The position numbers and the translations under genes are program-made. 64,000 nucleotides of DNA from Macrostomum lignano. Lineage: Eukaryota. Position 1 is the first letter of the stretch, and each line of letters opens with the position of its first letter. The DNA lies in NCBI GenBank assembly GCA_002269645.1, contig NIVC01000619.1, forward strand, positions 1-64,000, in the 5' to 3' direction. Shown here piece after piece: positions 35,209 to 46,911 of this stretch. A model generated the notes under the pieces. The model worked only from the letters and a program-made list of their open reading frames with translations, made no database searches and was not told the DNA's origin.

Positions 35209-35397
35209 ATGAAGTGGCAACTCGCTCTCGGACTTTTGCTGTTCGCAGCCATGGCCGTCGCCATGCCCACCCAGGAGGAGAAGGCCCAGGCCGAACGTGT
35301 GCTGGAGGAGACTCTGTCCAACCTGGATGAATCCAGCCTGTCGCAGGAGCAGAGCCCGAAGCTGAAGAAGAAGTTCATCCATATTCATTTCGGTTAG
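35209..35397 (+). CDS. Secreted prepropeptide copy 8 (62 aa; same protein as copy 3, FIHIHF-G)
   Basis: Family architecture; promoter module 35092-35124. Confidence 0.9.
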   Translation: MKWQLALGLLLFAAMAVAMPTQEEKAQAERVLEETLSNLDESSLSQEQSPKLKKKFIHIHFG

Positions 35398-36659
35398 ATG
35401 AGCTCTCTGCTATATCTAAGATCAAAGTCGTTTCATGAAACATTGAGTCTGACTGACACTGACAACTGACAACTGACCTGATTCTGAACTCCGACTCTGA
35501 CCACCTAATTATTAGTTGTTAACTGCTCCATTCTAGTGAGCAGTTTTACTAAATATAACGAAAATTCAAATCTTGCTTTAGCATAAACTACATCTAAAAA
35601 CTTTGTGTTGCTTGCATTTGTATTAATTAAAGTCGCCAAATCGAAAGGCAATGTGTGTTGAACTATTTTAAAAATTTATATGATAATAGTTATCACTTTT
35701 AAAGACTTTGGACATTAGCAACGATGAATGTTTATCGCCAAGCTGCAAATGAAGAATGATTTTACACTTTTATATCATTCAAAACTTTTAACTGCTTTCA
35801 TTCATTTCCGACGGGAACTGGCTTTAAAGGCATAAAACATCTTGTAGCTGCTGCTGTCTAGGGATACTTGTTTTTTAGATTAGTGTCGGATAATTTCTTC
35901 GGATGCGCTTTTTAGTGCATACTGCAAAAGGTCTCGCATTATTTTGCCATTTCAAGGGTTTGTGTTTTAAAATGCGGTATAAAAAGCACTTTTGTGAGGG
36001 CCGATTTGTTCTCTGGCAGATTCTGTAAACATTTTTTAAACACAAGATGAATAGCCGTGTACGAGCTAGAAATGTAACTTTAGTCTTGCATTTTGAGCAA
36101 AACATTCTCGAACGACACTTTTTGTTTTTCTTCTCTTCAGCCGAGCGCCGTGCTTTTGAATTTGAGAAGACTGCCTTTGAATATTCCTGCATGGTTATGT
36201 GACGGTTTTTCGACTTTTTAATCAAACAGTCTAATTCTTAAACAAACAGTATCTCATGCAAACAAATTCTAACGAAAGAGGCCGTAGAGGTGCTATTAGC
36301 TCTGATCTCCCTATCCCCATTGCTGCTTCAGGTCGACAACCGGCTTTGCAAGTTTGCGGCCAAATTGGTCACTTGTTCTGCACGTCCGTGCCGCCCCTAC
36401 CTAAACGAGTATCACCCTAATTAGAGTCACCTCTCTGACTGACTTTCAGTGTTAGCTAAAACTGGCTGCGGCACAAAGTGACACAAATCATCTTAGTACG
36501 AGCTAAGCTGAATAAACTCCCTCATCAATCCGACAATGCTCCCTCATCAATTTTCTGAGAGACAGTTGTCATCAAAAAGCATACCCTCCATTGCTGCAAG
36601 GAAATCACGTAAAAATTTCTCAGTCTGTGTTCACCGTGAAAGACTTCTAACCAAAAAGC

Positions 36660-36910
36660 GTCGCTAGTCGGACCGGGAACAGCGGAACCTTCCGACTGCT
36701 CAGAAACTTAACAATACAGCTACACACAGAAGGCCGTCGACAACGCTAAGAAGTGGCTAAGGGTTAGGGCTAGGGTTAGGATCGGTAAATCTGTCTGTCG
36801 CACAACATCTGTGATCAAACTCGCTTCATCGAAAGGCCAAGGCAAGGCTTGTGGGTACTAAGAGCTCACAGACAGCTGACACTACTCTGAACTCTGACCC
36901 GTGACCGCTT
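36660..36910 (+). pseudogene. Deleted pseudogene of the peptide family (copy-10 type)
   Basis: Promoter core lost; 5' UTR fused (ACACAG|AAGGCC) to KAVDNAKKWLRVRARVRIG; 1-nt deletion removes the stop; 3' flank matches copy 10. Confidence 0.85.
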
Positions 36911-37261
36911 TATTATTGACTGATCAGAATTAACAAAGCAAGGACAGTCTGTCCAAGCTATCAGCACCTTTAAACGGTTTTTTGAAGTTATTATTTACTC
37001 TGATTTACAAGTTATACGACATTGGATTGGTACTTGAGTTTATACAGTAGCAATGCACTTCGGCAACGGCTGGCGGTTCAATGCGTCAGCGGTCAGCAAG
37101 GAGGAACCCTTCTGGTAAACTACGAGTAGCTTGTAATGGTAGGCCAACGGGCGACAACAGGAACCCCAGCGTTCCACTCATCCCGACGCCAGGGCTGGAA
37201 TGCTTCATCGTCCAACGAGAACTGCAGAAACGCCTAGCTGAGATCAATATTCGAGAAATTC

Positions 37262-37830
37262 TTGCCGCTGACAGTCGTGAAAAGAGCTAGTCAATTTTTG
37301 GCAGCGGGTAGCCGTCCAGTTCCACGAGAGCGTTCACGGTCTGCTAGAAGTCGGCGCACACCTGGAGCCTGCCGTCGGACATCATCGCGGGAACGGTCTG
37401 AAATGCCAGGTCGGACGACTTTACCCCTGGCTGACCTCCTTGCGTAGCTTATGCTCCACTTTTTCTTTTAATGTGAGGGGCACGGAGCTGGCTTTAAAAA
37501 ACCGAGAACAGTCTCCCTCCTTGACGCCGATGGATAGAGGTGCGCCGTTGAATGTGCCCAGTTCCTGGAACACCTGGGGGAATTCGCCCGAAATTTTTCA
37601 ATGTCGGAAGCCGTTGAAGACAGTCGTTTAACTGAGCGCCAGTTCAGTCGCATGCTGTGCAGCCAGTTCCAGCCGAAGATATTTGGTCCGCTGTCCGCCA
37701 CAAATAGCAGCAGTTGCAAAGTGGCTGTCCTGCGCCGTTTCTTGATTGGGATGACCAGTCTACCGAGCATCTCGACAGCCTGGTCAGAATATGTGTTAAG
37801 ACGGATTTCGGTTGATTTCAGCTGGAGCTA
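37262..37830 (-). mobile_element. Degenerate Gypsy protease/RT fragment
   Basis: GPNIFGWNWLHSMRLNW; RFFKARSVPLTLKEKVE-type segment; DGRLQVCADF...GYPLPKI; internally deleted. Confidence 0.6.
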
Positions 37831-37890
37831 GCTCAGATTCGTTGGAACATTGTCATGAGCGAGCTGCTCGGCAGCCCCAATTCGGCCCCG

Positions 37891-37970
37891 GTACAGAAGG
37901 TCGGCTACGCGGACGATTTTATCGCCACTGTGGCTGGACCATCACCCGCGGTCCTAAGAGACCTACGAGT
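37891..37970 (+). mobile_element. Short non-LTR RT fragment
   Basis: VQKVGYADDFIATVAG, resembling the LINE fragment at 4350. Confidence 0.55.
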
Positions 37971-39054
37971 ATTTGAGGCTTTCATTCACCGTGCCGAACG
38001 CTAAGCACACAGCTGCGGTCTCAAGCTCTCTGAGCCTAAAAGCGTGGCTATTACGCGTATGTACAGCCACCGAAACTGGAGAACCGAACCGCTCTCCCTG
38101 GAAAGCAGAAGCGGTCGCAAAATTCGTTAAGAAGATCATCAACATGCGATCGAATCTTCCTTCGCAAGGTGCTACCGCTAGACTCTGGAGACCTAACCAG
38201 TGGGCATCAAAGGTAGCCAAACGAAACCTACCCAACAGAGGACCAGGACAAACAAGTCACTAATGATTTCAATTCCGTGTCAAGCATACACGACACAAAG
38301 TTGTTTCGGCAACGCGCAAGAGCAGGAGGGAGGGAGGGATCAGAATTTGTTGATTTATATCTTATTAAGTTATGGCAGGCTCAATTTAAACAGTAGACCC
38401 ATCAAAAAGGTAGATCTGACGGTTCCTACCTGCAGCGCTATCAGGCTACTGCCAAGAATGCCCTTCATGCCGTTTTGGTGTTAGGCCGGATGCCAGATGG
38501 AACTCGGCTTGGCAGTTTTGCTTCGTGGCTATGTAGGCACCTAGTCATTAATTTCTGGGAAACTATCTTAGCATGACTTAGAATAAAAATGAATCAATTT
38601 GTCGGGAAACCCAAAGCCTAAATAGATAAATAAAATATCCATTCAGCGCTTATTCAAGTCAAAGACAAAACCCCACGTCGCCGCTTCACCGATTTCCCAG
38701 TTTCGTGCAGTTTACTACCTGAGAAAATATCTCAAGAAATAATGGACAACTGACTAAGAGTAACTGAACGCAGCGAGTTTTCTACATTTGCACTGAGAAA
38801 TACCTTAAGAGGTACTGGTTTGATTGACAGCTGCCATCCAACAAGCATATGTGTATGCTGCATAATATTCTTAGACAACCAAGCGTGCATTCTTTACTCA
38901 CGTAAAGCCAGAAAAATCAACAACTTTGCTCCTAGTACCGGAAACACGTGCCAATCTGATGTGCATAAATTCGGAACTGCCGACTGCTCAACACAACAAT
39001 CTCACATTCGACTCAATCTACACAGCTCGAAGACTCGACTCGACTCAAGCAATC

Positions 39055-39243
39055 ATGAAGTGGCAACTCGCTCTCGGACTTTTGCTGTTCGCAGCCATGG
39101 CCGTCGCCATGCCCACCCAGGAGGAGAAGGCCCACGCCGAACGTGTGCTGGAGGAGACTCTGTCCAACCTGGACGAGTCCAGCCTGTCGCAGGAGCAGAG
39201 CCCGAAGCTGAAGAAGAAGTTCATCCATATTCATTTCGGTTAG
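39055..39243 (+). CDS. Secreted prepropeptide copy 9 (62 aa; FIHIHF-G; one pro-piece Q to H change versus copy 8)
   Basis: Family architecture; promoter module 38938-38970; flanks homologous to copy 8. Confidence 0.9.
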   Translation: MKWQLALGLLLFAAMAVAMPTQEEKAHAERVLEETLSNLDESSLSQEQSPKLKKKFIHIHFG

Positions 39244-39853
39244 ATGAGCTCTCCGCTGCATCTGAGATCGAAGTCGCTTCATGAAATATTGAGGCTGACT
39301 GACACTGACAACTGACAACTCACCTGACTCTAAACTCCGACTCTGACCATCTAGTTATTAGCTGGTAACTGTTCCTATCTAGTGAGCAGTTTTACTAAAT
39401 ATAACGAAAACTCAAATTTTGTTTTAGCATCAACTACAAAAGCTTTGTCTTGCTTGCATTGGTATTTATTCAAGTCGCCAAATCGAAAGGCAATGCGTGT
39501 CGGACTTTAAATTTATATGACAGTAGTTATCAGTGATAATTTTGTAGAGATAAATAAGTTCCATCACCTGTTTTTGTTGAATAGTTTTCTTTATCAACTA
39601 TGGTATTTTATTGGAGAAAATTTCATTTATGACATAGTTGATCAATTAGTGATCACGTTTCAGAGTTGTAACGACGCATTTTAATCGCCAAACTGTTGCA
39701 GTACAAAAGAAAAATGATTTAACTCTCATTTATTTCAAAATTATTAACTTATTTCATTTATTACCAAAGGGAACTCGTTTTGAATGCATAGCATGTGCAA
39801 AATTGCTTAAACTGGTAAATAAATGGCATATAAATTAGGCATGAACCGTTATA

Positions 39854-41820
39854 GGATAATGTACAGTTATTCGTAAGTGAGACTTTAGGATGATAGTCCG
39901 GCTCGCGAGTGTGCGCAGCTGCACAGGACTATTAAAGTCTCAGTAATATCCACAGATACTAAAAACACTAGATGGGTCACTTAATGCAAATTCGCTCGAT
40001 GTCTGAATAGCCTACTCTCTTCTGGGCATATGAGCGCGCAAGACTATCGATTTTTGTTTTTCCACGTCAGCGCTATGGTTTGAGCCATAGACAAAAGTGT
40101 CTAGCAACGAAATTCAGCTTACTACGAGGGAGAATCAAAAAGTAGTAGTAGGGGTTCACCATGGCTTTCCTATGAGAAATCAGAGCTAAGCAAGGAGTAT
40201 ATTTGTCTAACTTTTCTCCTTTGCAAGTACGCTATTTTGTTTTCCAAGTGTTGCCAAGACTAATCAGGGAGAAGCCACTTCAGAGAGAAGACGTCAATTA
40301 AGCGGCGCATCAGATTGTCCTTTCAGGAAGAGGGCGTTTGTGAAGTTACCATGAAGCTGATGAGAAAAAAGTTGCAAGACGTCTGCACAGAGCCAAATTT
40401 ACCAGCCGGATCAAGCGCATCTTTTGCCGAAACCGTGCCGACGACACGCACAGATGAGGGGCTTCAATGCAGTTTGCTTCTCCTGACACATCAATCGAAG
40501 CCATGGAATATGTTGCTGGCTACGTGTAGCAAAAAGTGGTGCACTGGATTGCCTGGATTGCAAGGAAACTCTGACCGCTCAAATCCCATCTGGAGTTCAC
40601 TTGGCCAACAAGCAGTACAGTGTTGTTCACACTGGATTGACAGCACCATCGTAAGCAGTTCTGGAAAGTTTCAGTCTTTTGGAATCTTTTTGGCTCATTA
40701 CCGAAGACTAAATTGCTGCAGAATCTCGTGAGCCATTCAATATTGAGACGCTTCCGACACGCAAATGACGTGCTCCGTGCGTCAAATTCGCTTGTCTCAG
40801 GCTGCATCACTGGTGCCGCTGTGAGGCCAAATCGCTGAAGGATAGGACAGTGCGATGCTCAGCAAGCAGAAAGATGAGTAAACCCAATTAACCTTTGTAT
40901 TTGTAATAAACATTTAGTATCAGTATTTCGAGACAGTATTTCGTTCTGTCATTCTTCTTCAATTTGTTGATGCACATTTGCTTCTAAGTTCAACTAACTA
41001 GCTTAAACTAAAAAACTTATTTGGTTTATATAAATGCTTTTGTCGTTCCCCATTGCTATACATGTATAATACTTATTTTTGTGAAATCATCTTTGTTTAT
41101 ATGAAAAGCTGATATGACCTGTGCATAAAAATACACAAGTGCTACGTGCATGCCACTATTAACAATTTTTTACGAAGCCCACATTTTTGTTCAAAGTTTT
41201 CATTGCCCGTCCGTGTGATAGAAAAATGAGGACCTGAAATGTCATAACTTTTCAATCTGCATCATAATAAAATTTTACTTGATGCACAATTATATCAAAA
41301 AAACTCTATACAGACGCCCAATTAAAAGTAGCTTATTCATTAAATAGGCGAGTGACCCATCTAGTGTTTTTATTATCTATGGTAATATCTAAATTATCGA
41401 ATTTCAGTGGGACCATAGACAAACAATGCATGGAATGAAGAGAGAGGATACAGAGAAGAGAAACATAAAGCTGGACGTGAAAAGACTTACGTGGTTTACT
41501 GGATTTTGGGCCATAGACAAAAAGTTGCAAACAGGGGATTAAGAGGGTTGGAAAAGAATGAGATGCGGAGATTAAGAGAGAATAAAATGTGAATTGCTAC
41601 ATTCGTTTGACCATGGAGAACCAGCCACTTACCGTCCACTACACAAAAAAATAGTTTGTCCGTACTTTGTTTTAACGTTTACTATAATAGTCATCTATTA
41701 TCCCGAGTTTGAATTCTTTATTCTATAGTCATTCCAATCTATGCATTATCCAGTGAAGTTTATGTGAAGCAATAAATTGAATGTGCTTAAGGTTTAACCA
41801 TAGACAATGCGAATGATCTT
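39854..41820 (+). mobile_element. Third Crypton-like element (same family as 27403-28404), split by a TIR element
   Basis: 39854-39950 and 41390-41630 are collinear with the reverse complement of 28404-28066; 41780-41815 matches the other end. Confidence 0.6.
39951..41381. mobile_element. 1.43-kb non-autonomous DNA transposon, probably P superfamily
   Basis: 31-bp TIRs CACAGATACTAAAAACACTAGATGGGTCACT (2 mismatches), perfect 8-bp TSD GTAATATC; internal EAMEYVAGYV resembles P/THAP9 transposase C-terminal region. hAT not excluded. Confidence 0.75.
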
Positions 41821-42365
41821 CCATTGTGGGAACTATTTCTAGAAACAAAGACAGGGGTAAAGAGTAAAGGACTAAAGGCCAATCAACAACATTTTCAATC
41901 CATTTTGTTTTTCTCCGGCTTTGTAAGCTGGTGTGACTGGCAGCTACTGTTAACTTCCAATGCCAAGGTCCGTCGACGTGAATTCGACCAAAAAATCTCT
42001 AAAATTGATTCACTTTGCTAAAAATTAGTTGATTTTGGCATCTTACACAGCTAGGAGTCAAATTGCAGCGAGTTTGATAAACGAGTACATGTACTGTGAA
42101 ATATTTCTAGCGGTACTCGTTTGATTGGCAGCTGTCGTCAAACAAAGAAAGGCTGCATAGTACTCTCGCAGACAAGCAAACCGTGTAGCTATGCTCATGC
42201 TCACGTAAAAGCAAAAAAGTCAAACAACGATGCTCTTTGGACCGGAAACACGTGCCAATCCGTTGCGCATAAATTGGGAACTCCCAACTGCTCAAGAACT
42301 CAACTTTAAACTCGACTCAATCTACACACAGCTCGAAGACTCGACTCGACTCGACTCAAGCAATC

Positions 42366-42566
42366 ATGAAGTGGCAAATCGCTCTCGGACTTTTGCTGTG
42401 CGCAGCCCTGGCCGTCGCCGTGCCCAGCCAGGAGGAGAAGGCCATGGCCGAACGTGTGCTGGAGGAGACTCTGTCCAACCTGGACGAGTCCAGCGTGTCG
42501 GAGGAGAAGGCCGTCGACAACGCTAAGAAGTGGCTCAGGGTTAGGGCTAGGGTTAGGATCGGTTAA
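42366..42566 (+). CDS. Secreted prepropeptide copy 10 (66 aa; AKK-WLRVRARVRI-G)
   Basis: Family architecture; promoter module 42242-42274. Confidence 0.9.
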   Translation: MKWQIALGLLLCAALAVAVPSQEEKAMAERVLEETLSNLDESSVSEEKAVDNAKKWLRVRARVRIG

Positions 42567-43663
42567 ATCTGTCTGTCGCACAAAATCTGAGATCGAACTC
42601 GAAGTGTTTCGAACTCGCTTCATCGAAAGGCCAAGACTCGTGGGCACTAAGAGCTCACTGCTGACCGTACTCTGAACTCTGACCTGTGACCGCTTTATTG
42701 ACTGATCAGAATTACCAACAAATATAACAGCAATGACAGTCTGTCTAAGCTAACAGCACCTTTTGGAAGTTATGTTAAGTTTTATTTGCAAGTTATACGA
42801 CATTAAACGGATTGGTAGTGGAGTTTCTTTGCAGGAAGTGATTATTAAAATGATTTTTACTGACTTTTCTAGGCAGCAAATTTTTTTTACTCATGATAGG
42901 GCTAGAAAGAAATACTAATCGTACGAACTTCACAACTCTTAACTTAATTCGAGATCTTAGCACCTCGTTGGTGGTTTCTTCTCCTCGTGATTGTTCCCAG
43001 TGGAGTATTGATTCAAATATCGTCATTGTGGGAACTGATTTCTAGAAGCAAACAAGGACGGGATTGCGGGAACGCCGGTCTAAAAGCGAATTTGCTACAT
43101 TTTCAATCCAATTTGTTTGTTTCGAAGAACTCCTTTGTGAGCTGATGGGACTGGTAGCTACTAAGATCGTACTAACTTCCAATGCCAAGTTCCTTCGACG
43201 TGAATTCAACCAAAAAATTGATTCACTTTGAAAATAATGTTTTGTTTCTAGGTGTCCCATACAACTAAGAGTAAAAAATGCAGAGTTTTATACACCTGCA
43301 ATCTGAAATATCCCAAGCTGTACTTGTTTGATCGATAGTCGTAAAAAATTATTCTGACAACATGCTTCAGACTATGCGTCTTTTAGGATGTTTTTGAGCA
43401 TTTTCACTTGTATGCGTATCTGTTCTCACAGTACTCACAATTGGTGACGAACATGTTTAGAAACAAAAATGTTTCCCCGAAGAGATCCACACTCTGGGAC
43501 ACTTTTGCAATAAGACACTTCTGTGGGAAGAGATTCACATAAGGACCACTAGGAACACTTTGTTATAGACTCTAGTCTAGTAGTCCTTGGATTCAAAATG
43601 GCACATCCCACAAGACATCTTATCTTTTAGTAAGAGACACACTCAATAGGATGTATTCTAAGA

Positions 43664-44052
43664 CAGGTGTCGCAAACCCGGCCCGCGAAGCCTGATCTTT
43701 ATCCGACCCTTGGGTTCTTTGAAATTTCACAATAGCAATCCGGCCCGCTCAGGCCTGTCTCTTCTTAGCTCCCCCTCTCTCTTCTCTCCTCTCTCCCCTC
43801 TCTCCTCTCTTCTTCTCTCCTCTCTCCTCTCTTCTCTTATCTCCGCCTTTCTCCTTCTCCTCTCACCCTCTTCTGCTCTTCTCTCCCCTCTATCCCCTCT
43901 TCCCTAATCCCTCGTGTTATTATCCTCTCTTATCTTCTCTCTCATCCCATCTCTCGCTTCTCCTCTCCCATCTTCTATTCCCTCTCTTCTTCTCTTTCAT
44001 GAGCTGGATTCTTTATCAGGACCTTGAGGTAAAAAGTTTGCCGACACCCCTG
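43664..44052. mobile_element. hAT-type MITE
   Basis: Ends CAGGTGTCGCAAAC / GTTTGCCGACACCCCTG; 8-bp TSD TTCTAAGA / TTCTAGGA. Confidence 0.75.
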
Positions 44053-45208
44053 TTCTAGGAAATTATCTTAGAGATGCATTCTTAGAAACACATCCCGGAA
44101 CATTGCAATTAAGAGACACGACAAAAATACTTTCTCTATAGCTTAGTAATAGTCCATCAAGTTCACTAATCAATAACTCAAGTTAAATACCTTAGCGTTT
44201 TGACAAGAAAATCAGGGAATGAATTAAGAAACAAATATCCTGTCAGTCATTCCTACATTATGACCATGTTCTCCATCCCAACCGTAGCTATCAAGCATGC
44301 TAATACGACAGAAACTAAAGACGTAGGCCAACTCAGGATTGAGAATTGATTGGGATGGCGCCATGTATACCATTCAATTTTCTCTTCCCCACGTTGATTC
44401 TTTTTGATCGACTGTTACTCAGTCTACAATGTGGCTCCGCTCCTACCCCAGATCCCTTGGGAATCATTTAATTAGCCAAAAGGATACACTCACGCACAGA
44501 CACTCCCCATCTGCCGGCAGACTAAGCAACAGTTCAGTCAAGTGTAATTACTAGAGCGAGACGGAACTTTCTCCAGCTTCCACATGAAAAATATTGCTGG
44601 CTACTTCTGTCGCTCTCGTCTCCTTGGCGACCAGAAAGCTGCTTTGTGTTTTTGCAATTAAATACAGGGGGGAGGCTGTGGGGCACCGGAAACTGGGCTG
44701 GTCCTCATCACGCATAATTTTGTACAGTGATGTCGGAGATGGCTACAGAGTCACCCGGTTATATTCTATTGGAAGAGTCCTGGGTAATTTGATTCGATTT
44801 CGTTCAGTTTGGGGCTTGAACAAGCGCCGCGTACACAAAGATTTGACTTTTTGTGTACCCCCAAGGAAGGAACAAGTACGTTCTTGCCTGACGCTGAGAA
44901 AGTCAGGGCCGCTTTACAATCTGAGTGAATGCATGCCGGAGTGTGTGTGCTCAGGCGTCGGTGAAATGTGCGTAACTGTTTGCCTCCTCGCTGTCGCCTT
45001 GTCTTGCTGCAGCAAAAATCCTAAAAGCCCAGAAACTGGCTAACATAATTTGTGGCATTAGGAAACAAGGCGATACGGCTAACGACAAGCACTCTACAAA
45101 TCCTATTATATTTTTCTGGGCGACGATGTCACAATCCAAACTTTTTTCAACGGATCTAAATCCTGCCAAATCCCTTGCAGATCCCCATAAACAGCGATTT
45201 CCGCTCAC

Positions 45209-45804
45209 CTTGGCGGCAGCGGCCTGCAGCCGTCTGCTTTGCACAGCCGGAGCCGCCTCCCGCCGCCGCCTCCAGCCGCATCTTTCGTCGTCGCTCTGCA
45301 GCTGCGCTTCATCGCTGAACGCCGCCGCCAGTGGTAACTGGGGCGATGCGGCCTCGGACGTAGCCGCAGAGGAATCCTCGCCGCCTTTGGTTGCCACGCG
45401 GAGGCGGCATGCCGTTGCCGTGACTGCAGCCGCCGCCGGCCAAGTCCGCTGCCGCTGTCCCTCTAGCTGTTTGCCACTGAAGTCCTGGTGCCGAAGCAGC
45501 GTCTGGATGGATCGCCTGGACAGCTGAGAGAGCCGGCCGTCGTCATTCTCGAAGGTCGCCGCCGTTGTCGACACCGCTGACTCCTCGTCCGCCGAGGCCA
45601 TCGAGCCGACTGCCGTCGACCAGCGTCTGCGCGAGGCAACGCAGCCGCCGCCGCCTCCGTCGCTGGTTTCGCCGCTTTTGAAGCCGCCGGCCTCGCCGAT
45701 CGTCTGCGATCGCGGAAGTCGCCGCCGCGGTGCTGGCAGCTCTCCGCGGCTGTTGTCGACTTGACTGACCTTCCCAGCTTCAGCAGCCGACACAGGGCTG
45801 ATGT
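45209..45804 (-). CDS. Probable internal coding exon of an unidentified Ala/Ser/Arg-rich protein
   Basis: Open GC-rich frame bounded by CAG acceptor (45807-45805) and AAG|GTGAGC donor; phase fits the upstream exon. Confidence 0.5.
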
Positions 45805-46688
45805 CTGTTGAGCAGAATTTTAGAGTCGAGATAAGAATCGGAGAAACTTTGGGCAAATTCTGCGGGTGCCTTGAGAAATGAACAGAGCGTGGAGAGCCAC
45901 TCGTACTCCGGCTCAATTCCGCTCTCGCCGCTGCTGCGTAGCAAAGCAAAGACTAGGGAGAGTGGGAGAAGTGTTGTGAGTAGCTTTGGCTTGGCTTTCA
46001 TTGGGTATTCACCTTCCTCGTGTCTCCGCTCTCCTCTCAGTCTCGTTTACTTAGTTCTGCCCCAGAGGCTTCTCAGGGCCGCACTCAAATTGACAAATGG
46101 GAGTCAATTCCCTCTCCCCGCCTGTCTCCCTTTACTCGCTCCGACTATTTTTTGCCCATCGCTTTTTCAGCGAGGCTGAGCAGACTGGGCCCCAGGTATC
46201 CCAACACTAGTCTGACATCCTAGTGCCAACAATCCGGCTTTATTTATGCTATCTCCAGCACTTGTTCGCCATTTTTATTCCCATCAGTGAATATTCCCAG
46301 ACAGAGAGCTGAAGCCGCCGGTTTCTCCATTATTTTTTTTTCCTCCCTTAACCATTTGAGCCTCGGGGAGGGATCAATCCCTTCCCACGCAAGCGACCGA
46401 TTTCTGGGTCGAATTCCCTATGAAAATCCCTGAGTAGAGACGGAGCTGCTGCGGAGATGGGAGAGCCAGCGGGAGTCAAAAGTACCTTCAGCAACAGGCC
46501 GCCAGATCGCATTTAGCAGAGGGCTGCGGACGACTCTCGGAGGGATGAAATGGGTGCAATCCAATCCAGTATATTCATTTATGCATTCGGGCTGTCTCAG
46601 CAATCTATAATATTTACTATAAATTACCAATTGCTTTTTAAACAAGTTAATTATCACGCATTAACAGGCTCATCAGCAGTTCAGATAC

Positions 46689-46911
46689 CTCCCAGTCTCC
46701 TGGCCAACCGATCCATCGAAGCCTTCAGCTCTGATAGAGCCTCATCACCTTGGGATGATTCAGCCTCGGACACGGTAGTCAGCGAGCTGGAACAAAGGCT
46801 GGAAGAAAGGACACCTGAGCAGTCCTGATCGAGATCAACCAGTTCGAGCTGTTGGTCTTTGTCTCCGAGCCAGGTGGAGACGCGGTCAATCCGCTGCTGC
46901 CGCTGCGTCAT
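46689..46911 (-). CDS. Probable first coding exon of the same gene (MTQRQQRIDRVSTW...)
   Basis: AAAATG start; phase-1 G|GTATCT donor compatible with the acceptor at 45804. Confidence 0.45.

Noticed and set aside
40122-40143. Mariner-like TIR start TACGAGGGAGAATCAAAAAGT
   Set aside because: No partner TIR or transposase motif found.
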